This document shows positions 31,953-50,114 of a DNA stretch of 64,000 nt, piece after piece. The DNA lies in NCBI RefSeq assembly GCF_009914755.1, contig NC_060930.1; one strand, 5' to 3'. The position numbers were made by a program, and so were the translations under genes. Under the pieces are notes generated by a model. The model made no database searches, was not told the DNA's origin, and saw only the letters and a list, made by a program, of their open reading frames with translations. Position 1 is the stretch's first letter. Every line of letters begins with the position of its first letter. Source of the DNA: the human T2T-CHM13v2.0 reference genome, Homo sapiens.

Positions 31953-32333
31953 AGGAAAGAATTAAACATTTATTCTGCCTTTCCCATACAAATCATAAAC
32001 TGCAGAGTAACCAAGAGTTCATAGAAGGAGGTTCTTTTTTTGGAAAGATTCTAGCTAATAAATAAAGAAGGAATAAAGTATTAGAAATACCACCATTTTC
32101 CAACTCCTAATAAATTAATAGATCTAGCCAATAAGTACCAATGGTTGTTAGCATCACAGAAGAGAGACAACCAGACTTTATGTCCATTGGACTTCCCAAT
32201 TCCATTAGACTTCCATTGTACTTCCATTAGAGGAAGCACAAAACAGCTGCTAGTGTATTGTGCCAAATTACGGAACCTAAATCTGAGCAAGTCTCTACTA
32301 AACCAGTACGAGTATAATGGACAGGGCATATTA

Positions 32334-32645
<312 letters not shown>

Positions 32646-32869
32646 CTAGAGATGTCATTGGTAATAGTGGAACTGGGGCTGTGCCGCACAGTGTGGTTTC
32701 TTCAACTCACTTGCAAAAGGAAGAAAAATAGGGGAGAACTTAAAGATGAAAAGAGACTACTAAAGAGATATCAACCATTTGCTCTGTGTGATTGTTATTT
32801 GCAAATCAAACAGGCAAAAGATTTTAAAAAGAAAAAAAGGAAATATGAATAGTGACTGGTGAAACTTCA

Positions 32870-33225
<356 letters not shown>

Positions 33226-33650
33226 TTATTTTAGAGATACATGTTAAAATATTTACAAGGAAAATGATGTCTAGAATTTAATTCAGAATGATGGGGAAGC
33301 AGGGGAATGGGGGGTGGGGCAGAGACGAGGAGTTAATGATTATTGAGGTTGGACGATGGAAACTTGGGGATTTATTATACCATCCTCTCTACTTTTATAT
33401 ATGCTTGAAACTTTCCATTTTAAAAAAAAGTTTAACCTAATTCCAGTTGAGGTTAACAGGAAGGATTCTAAGTAGAGATTTTAGAATTTAAAAAAATTAA
33501 AGCTACCTGAAAAATAGGCACTTAGAGTCACATGTGAATCTTAGACCACATTAAGTGGTCTAAAAAGTAAAAGTAAAAGTTAAAAAAAAATTGGAGAATG
33601 TGAAACCCCACCAAAATAATCTGTGGCTCTTTTTCAAAATATAATTTCAA

Positions 33651-33953
33651 GGCCAGGCATAGTGGCTCATGCCTGTAATCCCAGCACTTTGAGAGGCTGA
33701 GGCAGGCGGATAACTTGAGACCAGGAATTGGAGACAAGCCTGGCCAACATAGCAAAACCCCATCTTTACTAAAAATACAAAAAACTAGCTGGGCGCGGTG
33801 ACGCATGCCTGTAATCCCAGCTACTCAGCAGGCTGAAGCACAAGAATTGCTTGAACCGGGGAGGCAGAGGCAGAGGCTACAGTGAGCAGAGATTGTGCCA
33901 CTGCACTCCAGCCTAGGCGACAGAGCGAGATTCCATCTCAAAAAAAAAAAAAA
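33651..33953 (+). mobile_element. Alu
   Basis: full dimer. Confidence 0.92.
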
Positions 33954-34005
33954 GTAATTTTATTTTAGATTTTGCAAAAGCTAGTAATTTATTGGCCTTG
34001 AATTA

Positions 34006-34481
<476 letters not shown>

Positions 34482-35518
34482 TCACTTTCACATTGTTTCA
34501 AGTCAGCTGGTGCAGTACACATGGTTGTTAGGCATTCTGTGCCTGGCCTTGTGCTGAATACTATGGGAAGAATGCAAAACGTGCTGAGAACAGATTACAG
34601 GGGCACCCAGATATGGATCCGTCTGGGCTTTGGGGCTCCCTGCAGAGCCAGTGTGGGGAAAAATTGTAAAAGTCTATGGAGAAACCAAAAAGATGACTAG
34701 GTATCTCCAAAAGGAAACTAAGCAAGCTATTGCATCAGGCCGCAAGTCTTGCCTGCTCACCCTTTTCTGTGTGTGTCATGTTTTTAAGAATTTAGGAAAC
34801 ACTGCTAATGAGTTTCTATAATCTAGATGGGGAGAGAACAGATTCTATTTTTTTCCAAATAAGTTTTATGAACTATATAAGTTTAATGGAGTTCAGAGGA
34901 AGGACAGATCATCATAAGCCTAGATGAGAAGAGGGGCATCGTCATCTCGCCTGGGTTGTTGGTTCAGTTTTCCTTGCATTGGAAATCAATGGCACAAGGG
35001 CAGTGTAGGAAGCATCCTTGGACAATGTATTAACCATTTCAGTAAGGGAGTTGGGCCTAAGATGATGGGCTACAACGGTAGGAATTTCTTTTTTTCTCCA
35101 GAAGACATTTATTGGGCACTTACTAATTCCTAAGCCCTGTGCTAAATGCTGTAAATACAAAATACTGAATTTAACTTTTCAAAGCAATCCAGAGACATTG
35201 AGGGATTTTTTTTAAGCAGAGCACCTATCCCAGTGCCTGGCCCCTCCTAAGTTCTTCATAAGTGCTAGTTCACCATCACCCCTGCCCCTTCCCCATTTCA
35301 TAGATGAAGTAACTGAGGCTCTGATAGGTAAGGTGATTCTCTGAGGGGTGCATAGCTGATGAATGGCCCAGCTTGGATTTGAACCAAGGTTTCTTCTCTG
35401 ACTTTTAAGACCTCGTGCTGCTATGAGTATGTCCTTTGAAAAGTTTCTGAAACTTTGTGATTCTCCCCCTGCCTTTTTATTTTCCTTTTTTTCCACATGA
35501 TTAGCAGACTTTGAGTTA

Positions 35519-35523
<5 letters not shown>

Positions 35524-35553
<30 letters not shown>

Positions 35554-35687
35554 GAGACAGAGTCTCACTCCGCCACCCAGGCTGGAGTGCAGTGGCGCGA
35601 TCTCAGCTCACTGCAACCTCTACCTTCTGGTTCAAGTGATTCTCCTACCTCAACCTCCTGAGTAGCTGTAATTACACCGTACCCCAC
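35524..35687 (-). mobile_element. Alu right arm (5-prime truncated)
   Basis: TSD cagactttgagttat on both sides. Confidence 0.88.
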
Positions 35688-35934
35688 CAGACTTTGAGTT
35701 ATCTTAAGGACCAGCCAGGAAGAAGAGAGCTAGGGAGACTTTACACACTCTGTAGCCAGTCTTGGTAGACAGGTCCCTGACGATAAAGTGGATGGTGGGA
35801 TCCACCTAGAAGAGAAGGCAGCACGCTGAGCCCTGAGTGTTACTTCTGGAAGGAAAAACAAATAGGTCCCCTGTTCCCCACTGTCAGGAGTAACCCCAGA
35901 AAGCCAGTGTGGATTAAAAGACCCGGGATGTTGC

Positions 35935-36436
<502 letters not shown>

Positions 36437-37270
36437 TCAACTTACTCTGGCAAATACTTTTCCTTGGAGGACCCCTGCTTTCCCCAGTTTCCCCTAAAAA
36501 AAACAAAACAAAATAAATAAATAGACCCACATGCATATTAGAACATTTATTACACATCCTTATCTGTAGACCCACCCATAGTTAATTTACATGGTTTCAC
36601 TTAAGCAATTTTCTCTCTTAAAGTATTTGTTTCCATCTTAATGCTGAAAACATCAGGCGATTGCAGGATGCCCCAGCTAAATCCCATGGTTCTAAACCAA
36701 AAGCCAGCTTGCCTCACACCCTAATTCAGAGAAATCACAGAATCAGCCCTCATCTTCTCCACAAAACTTCTTCCTTAGGGAAGGAAAAAAAACATTCAGA
36801 TTCTGAAGAATCATCAAAGTTCCAGATCCAATTATGAGAATCTAAAATGATACAGGAGCTTGTTTGGGGAATTATGTTTCTATAAATCTCATTATAAACA
36901 TATCATTTAAAGAAATAATTCTTAAACTTCCAAAATTGCAAATTCAGAAGATTTTGTGATTTATTAAGAAGAGTACAAAATAAAAACAGCTTCTTTATAT
37001 GGCAGGCTGCTTCAGAGCCAGGGGAGAGGCAAATCATTTGTGCAAGGACATTTTTAAGAGCTGGTCATTCATGGAGCACCGTCCCAAGCCTGGTGTATAT
37101 TGGCAGGAAATAGCAAACAATACCCTTGCCTTCAAGCAGTTTCTGTTCTTTTGAAGGTCAGATGCAACTAAATGCAATGGTGGAAGAGCATGTTCTGGAA
37201 GATCAAATAAATATAAATTAACACAGGACAAACTCAGTAATGTGTAGTAAAAGCTGAAGGTTAAGGATAA

Positions 37271-37578
<308 letters not shown>

Positions 37579-39257
37579 GAGAAAGTTGTCTTTAAAAAAA
37601 AAAAAAATTGAGTCTGACTTTGAAGAAAAGTGTTAGCAGAGAGGTACTCAAAAGTTGTTCTCAGTGAAGAAGACATGTCCATTTCTTGCCCAATTGTGTG
37701 GTTTTCATATTCATAGATAAATATTTTATCTTGTCCACTTGTATCCCATCACTTTACTCTCTGAGACCCAAAGTTCCCTTCTCCCACTTAACAAGCCAAA
37801 AATGCCAGGTATTTCAGCCCATCTGACAAATTTTCCTTCCCCCTTTGGATCCTGTCTGGTGATATTAAATGTCACAGGCACATCTTGACAGTGTCCACTA
37901 TCTTCATACCAGTCACACCTCAGTGATTTTGCTGTGAAGAGCCACAAGCTCCCACACTCTGTTCCCCAGGGAGGGACGCAAACCCAGCCAGGTCCTTGTC
38001 CTCAGATGCCTGCCTGTACCCAAGACTTCCGGGAACCTGGAGCTCAGCATGCTCCTAATTTGTTGCAGGTTCTTACCCTTGAGCAAGAGCCCAAGCCTTT
38101 AGGTGGCCAAAGGGCTACAGAGCAGCCGATTCTGACTCTAAAGAACCTTAGAAATGTTCCTAGGTTACATGATGGAGAGTTTTGAAATCTTGACTCAAGG
38201 GGAAAATAAATCAGTGTGAATAGATATTTCTCAAAGTAGATTGGCACAAAAGGGATTCTAATGGTTTAATTACGAAACTTCCATTTAACTTCCTTCCTCA
38301 CAGCCTTATTTTGTTGTTTGGCTCTGTCTGATTTTCTCAATTAATCCTGAAAATGTCACTGACTTAGGGAGAAAAGGGCTGAAATTATTTCCACCTGCTT
38401 CCTTCTACATTTTGCGAACGAAAGATTTTTAATTTACACGCGTGTGACTGCACAAGCCGTTAGCTGGCTTTGTGATACGAGCATTGTTTCAACCATTGCC
38501 TTAAGATGTTTTGGTCTGTGCTCATCACCTCGGGGGGATCTGGGTTGCGGAAAGAATTCTAACCCACTTTTGGAACACCCTCATCTGAGGCGCACTCCGT
38601 AGGAGCAAGACTATCTGGCTTTCCCAGAAGCTGTATCACTTATAAGGTTAACAATTTGGAGGTAGAAAGGGAGACCTCTTCAAAGATTCTCACAGGGAAG
38701 TTACCCAGGGGAAGAGGTCTCTAAGCAAGCCTACCACATAGGGTCACAGTTTGTGCATCATATAAAAGGGGCCAGCAGAGGGGGTGATTAAATGCTCTGA
38801 CGGGGGGCTGGATCTTCCAGCAGGAAGGAACTCCTTTTTCTTAGTACAAAAAGTGCCTAGTCTTTATAATCTAACGCGTGGAAATGGAATACCGACGTGC
38901 TGTGTGAGCACTGCACAGAGATACCCAGATTGGGCGCAGCTAGGGGCTAAAATCCCTCTCCAATAACTTTTGCCAAGCCATGGGCCCTGGCACAAGGCCG
39001 CGTCTCCTAGAAGGAAGGAACTTGTTACTTAGAAGCCATGAGCCCAGGGTGCCACTGCCAGTGGGTCCGGTGCCTTTTTCTAATTCACCCTCCCAGAGGG
39101 AACCCTTTCTCCAATTTGCCTAAAGGCATGCTGATCTGACCACAGCTCTGGAGCTACCCTACCCATTTTAGGGCATTTACACTTGCAATAGCATTTAAAA
39201 TTTGAATACCCACATAAAGCATTACAATTTAGATAAAAACATGGACTCTTCCTGCAG

Positions 39258-39408
39258 GTCCGTGGCTGTGCTAACAGAGTGTATGAGGAACAAGATACTG
39301 GCCAAATTCTTCAGGGAACGTCAGGAAACTCTGAAACACTCGCTGCCTCTGGGGTCCTATCTCTTGAAACCAGTTCAGCGGATTCTCAAGTATCATCTCC
39401 TTCTGCAT
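39258..39408 (+). CDS. PLEKHG1: PLEKHG1 coding exon, 151 nt ([13 protein letters not shown]...[20 protein letters not shown]); phase 2 to 0
   Basis: cttcctgcag acceptor; CAT|gtaagt donor; DH conserved region 3 motif [15 protein letters not shown]. Confidence 0.96.
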
Positions 39409-39948
39409 GTAAGTTTCTGCCTGGCATGAGCACTTTCCAGGGGATGGGAGTTTTGTGTGTATATATTAAGTTTGGTGGAAAATACCAGAAAATGCTGTGG
39501 ACATATGGAAACATTTCCCACACTCATATTTCACAACTGACTAATCTGCTTTGAGGATTTGGAGATATTTATATTCTAGGCCCGTAGCCCCATTGACAAC
39601 AGCCAAGAGAAGAGATTAATCTTAGCTCTGATTCTGATGGGGCTTAGGAGTGCCTCGCCCTGTGCACTGACAGTTTCAGGCAGGGAGCTATCATGCGAAT
39701 GAAAAACAGATTTTGTAATGTTTCCATCAGCCCCGATTCAGTAGGCAATTGGAAGGGAAAGCTATTTGTCATAGATTGGCTTTTGTATGGAGAGCAAAGA
39801 GAAGGGGCTGAAAAGGGAGAAGACAGATGAGCAGAGTGATAAGTGATCTCCAAGCTGGGCTTAGCGTCACTTCAGTTATCTCCTCTTATATTATTTTCCA
39901 CTACTTTTGCAAAATGCAAGAAGGCTTTAGAAACAACGATAATCATAG

Positions 39949-40277
<329 letters not shown>

Positions 40278-41167
40278 TCAAATTCTTATTTCTTACCCTC
40301 CAAAAAACTGATGCGAATGGAAAAAAAAAGTATTACCGCAAGTAATTTTCATTCTGTAAGTAGGGCTTGCTTACTTTTGTAGCAGGAGAAAGACAGTACA
40401 GCAGAGTGGTTAGAAACAGGGCTCTGGGAAAGACTGCCTGGGTCTAAATCTTATACGTTGCCCACATTCACTGTGGCTCACAAGCACTTGATAAAAGTAA
40501 GCTATTGTTTTTTATTATTTTTATGATACATTAAAATCCCCTTTTTAAAGGAATTTTAATTCAGAGTTCCTCTCCACGTCAACAGGCCTGCAGTTTATAG
40601 GTATCTCTTTTTAAGTGATTCCAGGTTTCTAATTTGGATAATTATTCCAGATTTGTTTGGTTCATATACATTTAAAATTTTGAAAACTTTGTCCATCTTT
40701 ACTAGCAATTTCTTAGCTTTGTCTGTTTGCCTGGGTAGCTCATCTTTGGAGAATCTTATGTTCTATGAAGTCACATCAGGGATATTATTTTAATTTTTAA
40801 ATTGATCCGTATGACCTCTTAGATTTAGTGGGATTTATTTGCTAAATCAGTGTCCAAATAACTCTTAAATAATATTTGTCTCAGGACACATCTCTGCTGA
40901 ATTCTGTTAATATAATGTCTAAGACTGGTGTGTCCCAAAAATCTCTAATATGGTCTTCTAGACAGTAAGATGGCCTTCAGTCAAAAGGAAAGTTTAAGAT
41001 CTCGGTTAAGCATATGAAACAAGTCAAGATCCTTACAAAAAGTTAATTAACAGGAAAAACAGCCTTTATCCTACATTTTAAGGGCTGGCAATGAAGAAAA
41101 AAAACAGTGGTTGGATTAATCCAAAACTAACTTCTGGTTGCTTTTGAAGTGTTTTCTGCTTTTATAA

Positions 41168-41497
<330 letters not shown>

Positions 41498-42687
41498 CAT
41501 TCACATCATTTCAAAGTTATGTAGCTATCCATGAAAATCCCCACAGAAATATCCTCTGTACCTCCCAGTCTGTTTACTGATGAGCACAGTTGTCTCTCAG
41601 GCTAAAAGAAGAAATCATTATGTTTTTAAATTTGCCATCTAGGATCTTGTTAACAGCTAGTCCAAGCACGGAAAGAAAATGTAAATTCTTTTACAGTTTC
41701 TAGCTAGATGAAAAACTTGAGTACTCAGTAAAAGTAAACAAAGATTTACATTGTTACTACAAAATAATGGAACTAATCTTCAAGTTGCACCATAACATTT
41801 AACCTCCACCCGTTAGCTGATTATGTATGATAAATGTCACAAGAACCATCTAATTGATTACAATGTTTTCTTACTGTTTTAGGCACTAATATAGGATTAC
41901 TGTTATTGTTGTCTTTAAAAAGGCAATAGTTTCAATTTAATAAGCACTTATTCACCACCCAGCTCTCTGCTGGGCACTGAGAAGATAAAGAATCAAAGGA
42001 ACTATATACAATATTCTCTATCCTTAGACTCTTGAGGATCTAGGAACAAGTGTCTTATGTGCTCAAAAGAACTAGAACAAAGATCCTGTCCCTCTCTCAC
42101 GTTCCTGGGAGTGTGGGCCTCCAGTGGTAAGATGATTGCTAATCTAACATACTTCTGACCATCAGAGAATTGAGTACTGAAACCATGAGATCCTTCTCAA
42201 CACTCTCAAGGATTGTCTTTAGTCAACTTCATTTGGCCTTTAAAACCTTGACTACAGGAAAATGTGCTAAAATGTCTACTTGCTATGGAGATAATTTTGT
42301 AAAGATAGTTTTCGCTATATTTTTGAGTCTGTTAAATATTAAGGTCCTGTATGAAACATTTTGCTTCCTAAATAAATAAGGGAAAAAAATAAGTATGCAT
42401 TTTATCTTGTGAGAGTGAGAACTATATTTCTGAGAACTGTATAACATTGGCCACCAGGAAGCTCAGAACTCCAGAGCTATAAGAGCAATTTCCACGTCTG
42501 TTATAATAACTATAATATCGCTATGAAACTCAATGGGCTACATGTATGTTGTATTTTATCCTGTTTATCCTGGAATCCTATTCCACTTTTATCTTTCCTA
42601 TCCTTGTTTTTTTTTTTCCCCTTGTCTTACCATTTTGTTGCAGGTATCTCTGGCCTCAAAATCTTAAAGAATGATGCTGGTGTGTAA

Positions 42688-42693
<6 letters not shown>

Positions 42694-42743
<50 letters not shown>

Positions 42744-43026
42744 TTTCGAGGCAGAGTCTCACTCTGTCAGCCAGGCTGGAGTGCAGTGGCCTGATCTCAG
42801 CTCATTGCAACCTCTGTCCCCCAGGTTCAAGTGATTCCCTGCCTCAGCCTCCTAAGTAACTGGGACTATAGGCATGTGCCACCACGCCCAGCTAATTTTT
42901 GTATTTTTAGGAGAGACAGGGTTTCACCATGTTGGCCAGACTGGTCTCGAACTCTGGACCTCAGGTGATCCACCCACCTGGCCTCCCAAAGTGCTGGGAT
43001 TACAGGCATGAGCCACCGCACCCAGC
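42694..43026 (-). mobile_element. Alu with a (TA)n microsatellite in its tail (about 42694-42726)
   Basis: TSD gtgtgtaaata. Confidence 0.92.
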
Positions 43027-43152
43027 TGATAGTGTGTAAATAAATAAGCAAAAATAAAATATAAGGAACTAATCATAGCGGTGCCATTTGTTTCACTGTC
43101 TATATGAAAATAAAATGAAAAAAAAAAAAAACCTCGTTCTTTTTTGTTTAAG

Positions 43153-43284
43153 GAAATAGAAAACCACCTTGATAAGGACACAGAAGGCTATGATGTGGTG
43201 CTTGATGCTATAGACACAATGCAGCGAGTCGCCTGGCATATCAATGACATGAAGCGGAAACACGAGCACGCGGTCCGGTTACAG
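43153..43284 (+). CDS. PLEKHG1: PLEKHG1 coding exon, 132 nt ([14 protein letters not shown]...[16 protein letters not shown]), end of DH domain; phase 0-0
   Basis: tttgtttaag (AAG) acceptor; CAG|gtgagc donor. Confidence 0.95.
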
Positions 43285-43400
43285 GTGAGCCCGCGAGGTG
43301 TCAGTGCCCGGCAGGGTTGCAGGTGTAGTGACTTACTGTTTTCCCAATAAAATATTAAGGCTGCTCAAGTACTGCACTACACTCATCATCTTCAGTGTAG

Positions 43401-43784
<384 letters not shown>

Positions 43785-44017
43785 TAACTTTTAAGCTAAT
43801 TGTTTGCTTATAGCCCCTTTGATGGTCTAAGTTACAATTTTGAGCCTCCCACTTCTATTAATTGCAAATTTAGTAATTCTTATTGAAAGCAACTTTCCCT
43901 AAACTATGTAAAGACTTTTTAAGCCTTTATTCCTCTGCCACCAGTTCCTGCAAAATCATGAGGTGGTGCGTGGGTGGTCTTAGGCAGGGGACGCAGAGTA
44001 AGGGGAGCCAAGGCTGA

Positions 44018-44368
<351 letters not shown>

Positions 44369-44822
44369 AGTTTCCTCATTTTTAAAATAAGACAGAGAAG
44401 TTTGCTAAAGGCCTATCCAGCACAAACATTTTGAGCCCTGAATCTTAAGGAACTTTTGACAGCTGTTGGGCCAGTGATCATGCCCTGGGCACCTCAATAG
44501 ATGCACTATTAAAAACAAAACAAGAGGCTGCATGGGCCCAGAGGCCAGTTCCAGGCTCCTGGCTGTCCCTAGAGTGAGATGGAAAAGCCCAAAGTGACTC
44601 CACACTATACAGAGTGGCCTTGCCTAACTCGGGAAAAAAGATACCTTATTTGGCTCATAAGTCAGAATAAACTCTGTAGGTTTCAGGTATAGGCAGCCAG
44701 AGTGTGGTGTGATGCCACTGACTATCAAAAATCAGAGGAAGATGACATTCTAATCTTCCAGGCTGCTTTTTTTTTTTTTTTTTTTTTTTTTGCAACAGCA
44801 ACAAAAGTTTAATACTTTATCA

Positions 44823-45861
<1,039 letters not shown>

Positions 45862-46165
45862 TATTCAGAAATGTCTGAATGGCTGGTTTTTCATACTGTG
45901 TGAAGCTGCTTGATATTCTGAAGTCATTACTAAATCAGACTCTGGCTCAAACTAATACTCCATTTCTGTTCATTTCTGTTTTCAACCAGTAAAGTTTTTT
46001 GTTGTCTTGTGGGTTCCTTAATTAAACGGTGCTTGTGAATATTTTCATTTTTCAAATAATAAAATCAGCTTCCTTCAAAACACTGATATTCATATACAAT
46101 AAATCCCACATAAATGTCAAAGTCATGTTAGTTTATTTATCAATTTCCATTAAAAGCACTAAAAC

Positions 46166-46771
<606 letters not shown>

Positions 46772-47009
46772 AAAAGCACTAAAACATAAGTTAGGGGCAA
46801 AGAAAGGTTCATTTCCTTTCCCTGAGTAAGTAAATTTAAACTCAAGAAATTTCTGAGAAAATGATGTGGGTGATTTTATATAGGCTTTAGTTTTGAATTA
46901 CTTATGTGTGGTATGAACTTCAGTATCCGGAAGAAAGTCTTCAAGTCAACAGCTCTGAAGGAGTTTTTTTTTTTCCCAGAGAGGAGGGGTGAGAAAAATC
47001 AAGGGAAGG

Positions 47010-47315
47010 GGCCGGGTGCGGTGGCTCACTTCTATAATCCCAGCACTTTCAGAGGTACAGGTGGGCAGATCACTTGAGGTCAGGAGTTGAAGACTAGCCT
47101 GGCCAACATGGCAAAACCCCATCTCTACTAAAAATGCAAAAAAATTTAGCCAGGCATGGTGATGGGCACCTGTAATCCCACCTACTCAGGAGGCTGAGGC
47201 AGGAGGATCGCTTGAACCGGGAGGTGGAGGTTGCAGTGAGCCCTGATCGCGCCACTTCCCTCCAGCCTGGGTGACAGAGCGAGACTCTGTCTCAAGAAAA
47301 CAAAACAAAACAAAG
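47010..47315 (+). mobile_element. Alu
   Basis: TSD aaaatcaagggaa. Confidence 0.92.
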
Positions 47316-47646
47316 AAAATCAAGGGAAAGAGGCCATACTGGTGGCCCCTGGACCTGGCTTTGGAACGATGTAAGGGCTGCTGTGAGCCACAGCATGGCA
47401 TGATTAAGGAATGGAAATAAGTAATTAGCAGCTTGTCAGCTAACAGCCTGATTCATTGCTGTTAACCCTTAAGTGGCACCACTTGTAAATGCAGATTTAT
47501 GTCATAGACCATCAGATACCACGTAGATAGTTAGACCCCCTCAGGGACGATTTGGCACCATTCTTGAGGCTCAACAGATGGGCCACCAAGCCCTTGGTGC
47601 CTGGCTTCTGCCTCCTGTAAATGCCATGGCCCATTCCCTTTCTCAG

Positions 47647-47829
47647 GAGATACAGAGTTTGCTCACTAACTGGAAGGGGCCAGACCTGACCAGCTACGGG
47701 GAACTGGTGCTTGAGGGAACCTTCCGCATCCAGCGAGCCAAGAATGAGCGGACGCTCTTCCTCTTCGACAAGCTGCTGCTCATCACGAAGAAGAGAGATG
47801 ACACGTTTACATACAAAGCTCACATCCTG
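47647..47829 (+). CDS. PLEKHG1: PLEKHG1 coding exon, 183 nt ([26 protein letters not shown]...YKAHIL), PH domain; phase 0-0
   Basis: cccttttctcag acceptor; CTG|gtaggt donor; PH motif [15 protein letters not shown]. Confidence 0.96.
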
Positions 47830-47922
47830 GTAGGTCTGCACGCTGGCCATGGGCAGGGACTCAGATCCCCAGTTCTGTTCCCTCCTGAGTGTGCCTCACC
47901 CTCTCTGCTCTCTCTGCTCTAG

Positions 47923-48018
47923 TGTGGCAACCTCATGCTTGTGGAGGTGATTCCAAAAGAGCCGCTCAGCTTCAGCGTCTTCCACTACAAGAATCCCAAG
48001 CTGCAGCACACAGTCCAG
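47923..48018 (+). CDS. PLEKHG1: PLEKHG1 coding exon, 96 nt ([32 protein letters not shown]), PH domain; phase 0-0
   Basis: ctctgctctag acceptor; weak CAG|gtagca donor. Confidence 0.93.
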
Positions 48019-48189
48019 GTAGCAGCCGGGCCCTGGCCTCTCCGCAAGGCCCCTTTGTGTAATGATGAGTGCTGTGTACCATGTGGCTTTTTGAGAGCGT
48101 TCTGGCCACATGGTCATTTCCCATCTCATCAGAGGGTCCTGTGGGTGGTGGAATCAAGTTGTCTGACTGTCTACATCTCGTCTTGGCAG

Positions 48190-48276
48190 GCCAAATCCCA
48201 GCAAGACAAACGCCTCTGGGTTCTGCACCTAAAGAGACTGATTCTGGAGAACCATGCAGCCAAGATTCCAGCTAAG
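48190..48276 (+). CDS. PLEKHG1: PLEKHG1 coding exon, 87 nt ([29 protein letters not shown]), PH C-terminal helix; phase 0-0
   Basis: tcttggcag acceptor; AAG|gtagga donor; invariant PH Trp. Confidence 0.94.
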
Positions 48277-48319
48277 GTAGGACACTGAATAATGCACAGT
48301 GAAATGGGAGAGAGATACA

Positions 48320-48447
48320 AGAATCATTTGAACCTGGGAGGTGGAGGTTACTGTGAGCCGAGATCACATCATTGAACTCCAGACTGGGCGACAGAGTGAG
48401 ACTGTCTCAAAATAAAAACAAAGAGACTGGGTCAAAAAAAAAAAAAA
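48320..48447 (+). mobile_element. Alu right-arm fragment
   Basis: agaatcatttgaacctgggagg to the A tail. Confidence 0.85.
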
Positions 48448-48548
48448 GAGTTTAGAATTAGAATCTGGGAGTGACAACGGTTAATCTGATCATTTAATTA
48501 CTAATGAAGCCCAGCAAGGCATCCTGATAGGATAAATGTTCAACTTCA

Positions 48549-49005
<457 letters not shown>

Positions 49006-49013
<8 letters not shown>

Positions 49014-49108
49014 GAAAGAAAGAAAGAAGGAAGGAAGGAGGGAAAGAAAGAAAGAAAAAGAAAGAAAGAAAGAAAGAAAGGAAGAAAGGAAGGAAAGAAA
49101 GAAAGAAA
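49006..49108 (+). repeat. (GAAA)n/(GGAA)n polypurine microsatellite grown from an Alu tail
   Basis: about 100 nt of only A/G. Confidence 0.95.
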
Positions 49109-49178
49109 ATTGAGAGATAGAATATATAGGAACTACATCTCAGCTAAACCAGCCATTAACATCAAAAAGACTCACATG

Positions 49179-49543
<365 letters not shown>

Positions 49544-49815
49544 TCAAGTTATGAGAATTATTCAAAGGTGCATGAAGCACCTATGGGTGTAAAGCTGTGC
49601 TGGGTCCCATGAGGGTGCTCGGGAGACAAGATACAGATTCGGCCAAGAAGGAATCTGTAGATGGGGAGCCAGCTGCCAAGCCATGAACCGTTTGCCAACC
49701 ATGAAGACATAACAGAGTATAACCCAGGTGTTGTGGAAGAATAAAGTGTTCAATTGCGTTGAGTGGAGAGAGGAAGGAAAACATCTTTTACCTCAGTCTT
49801 AAAGGATAGGGAATG

Positions 49816-50114
49816 TTTTTTTTTTTTTTAAAGACAGGATCTTACTCTGTCGCCCAGGCTGGAGCACAGTGGTGCAAACATGGCTCACTGCAGCCTTGAC
49901 CTCCTGGGCTCAAGACATCCCACCACCTCAGCCTCCCAGAATAGCTGGGACCACAGGCTTGTGCCACCACACCAAGCTAATTTTTGTATTTTTGGTAAAG
50001 GTGTAGTCTCATCATCTTGCCCAGGCTGGTTTCAAACTCCTGGGTTCAAGTGATCTGCCTGCCTCAGCCTTTCCAAAGTGTTGGGATGACAGGCATGAGC
50101 CACTGTGCCCAGTC
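49816..50114 (-). mobile_element. AluJ-type
   Basis: gcagccttgacctcctgggctcaag. Confidence 0.9.

Noticed and set aside
38755-38790. TATAAAAG plus a CTCF-like GCCAGCAGAGGGGG upstream of the 39258 exon
   Set aside because: The CTCF match lacks the conserved C and there is no other supporting promoter architecture
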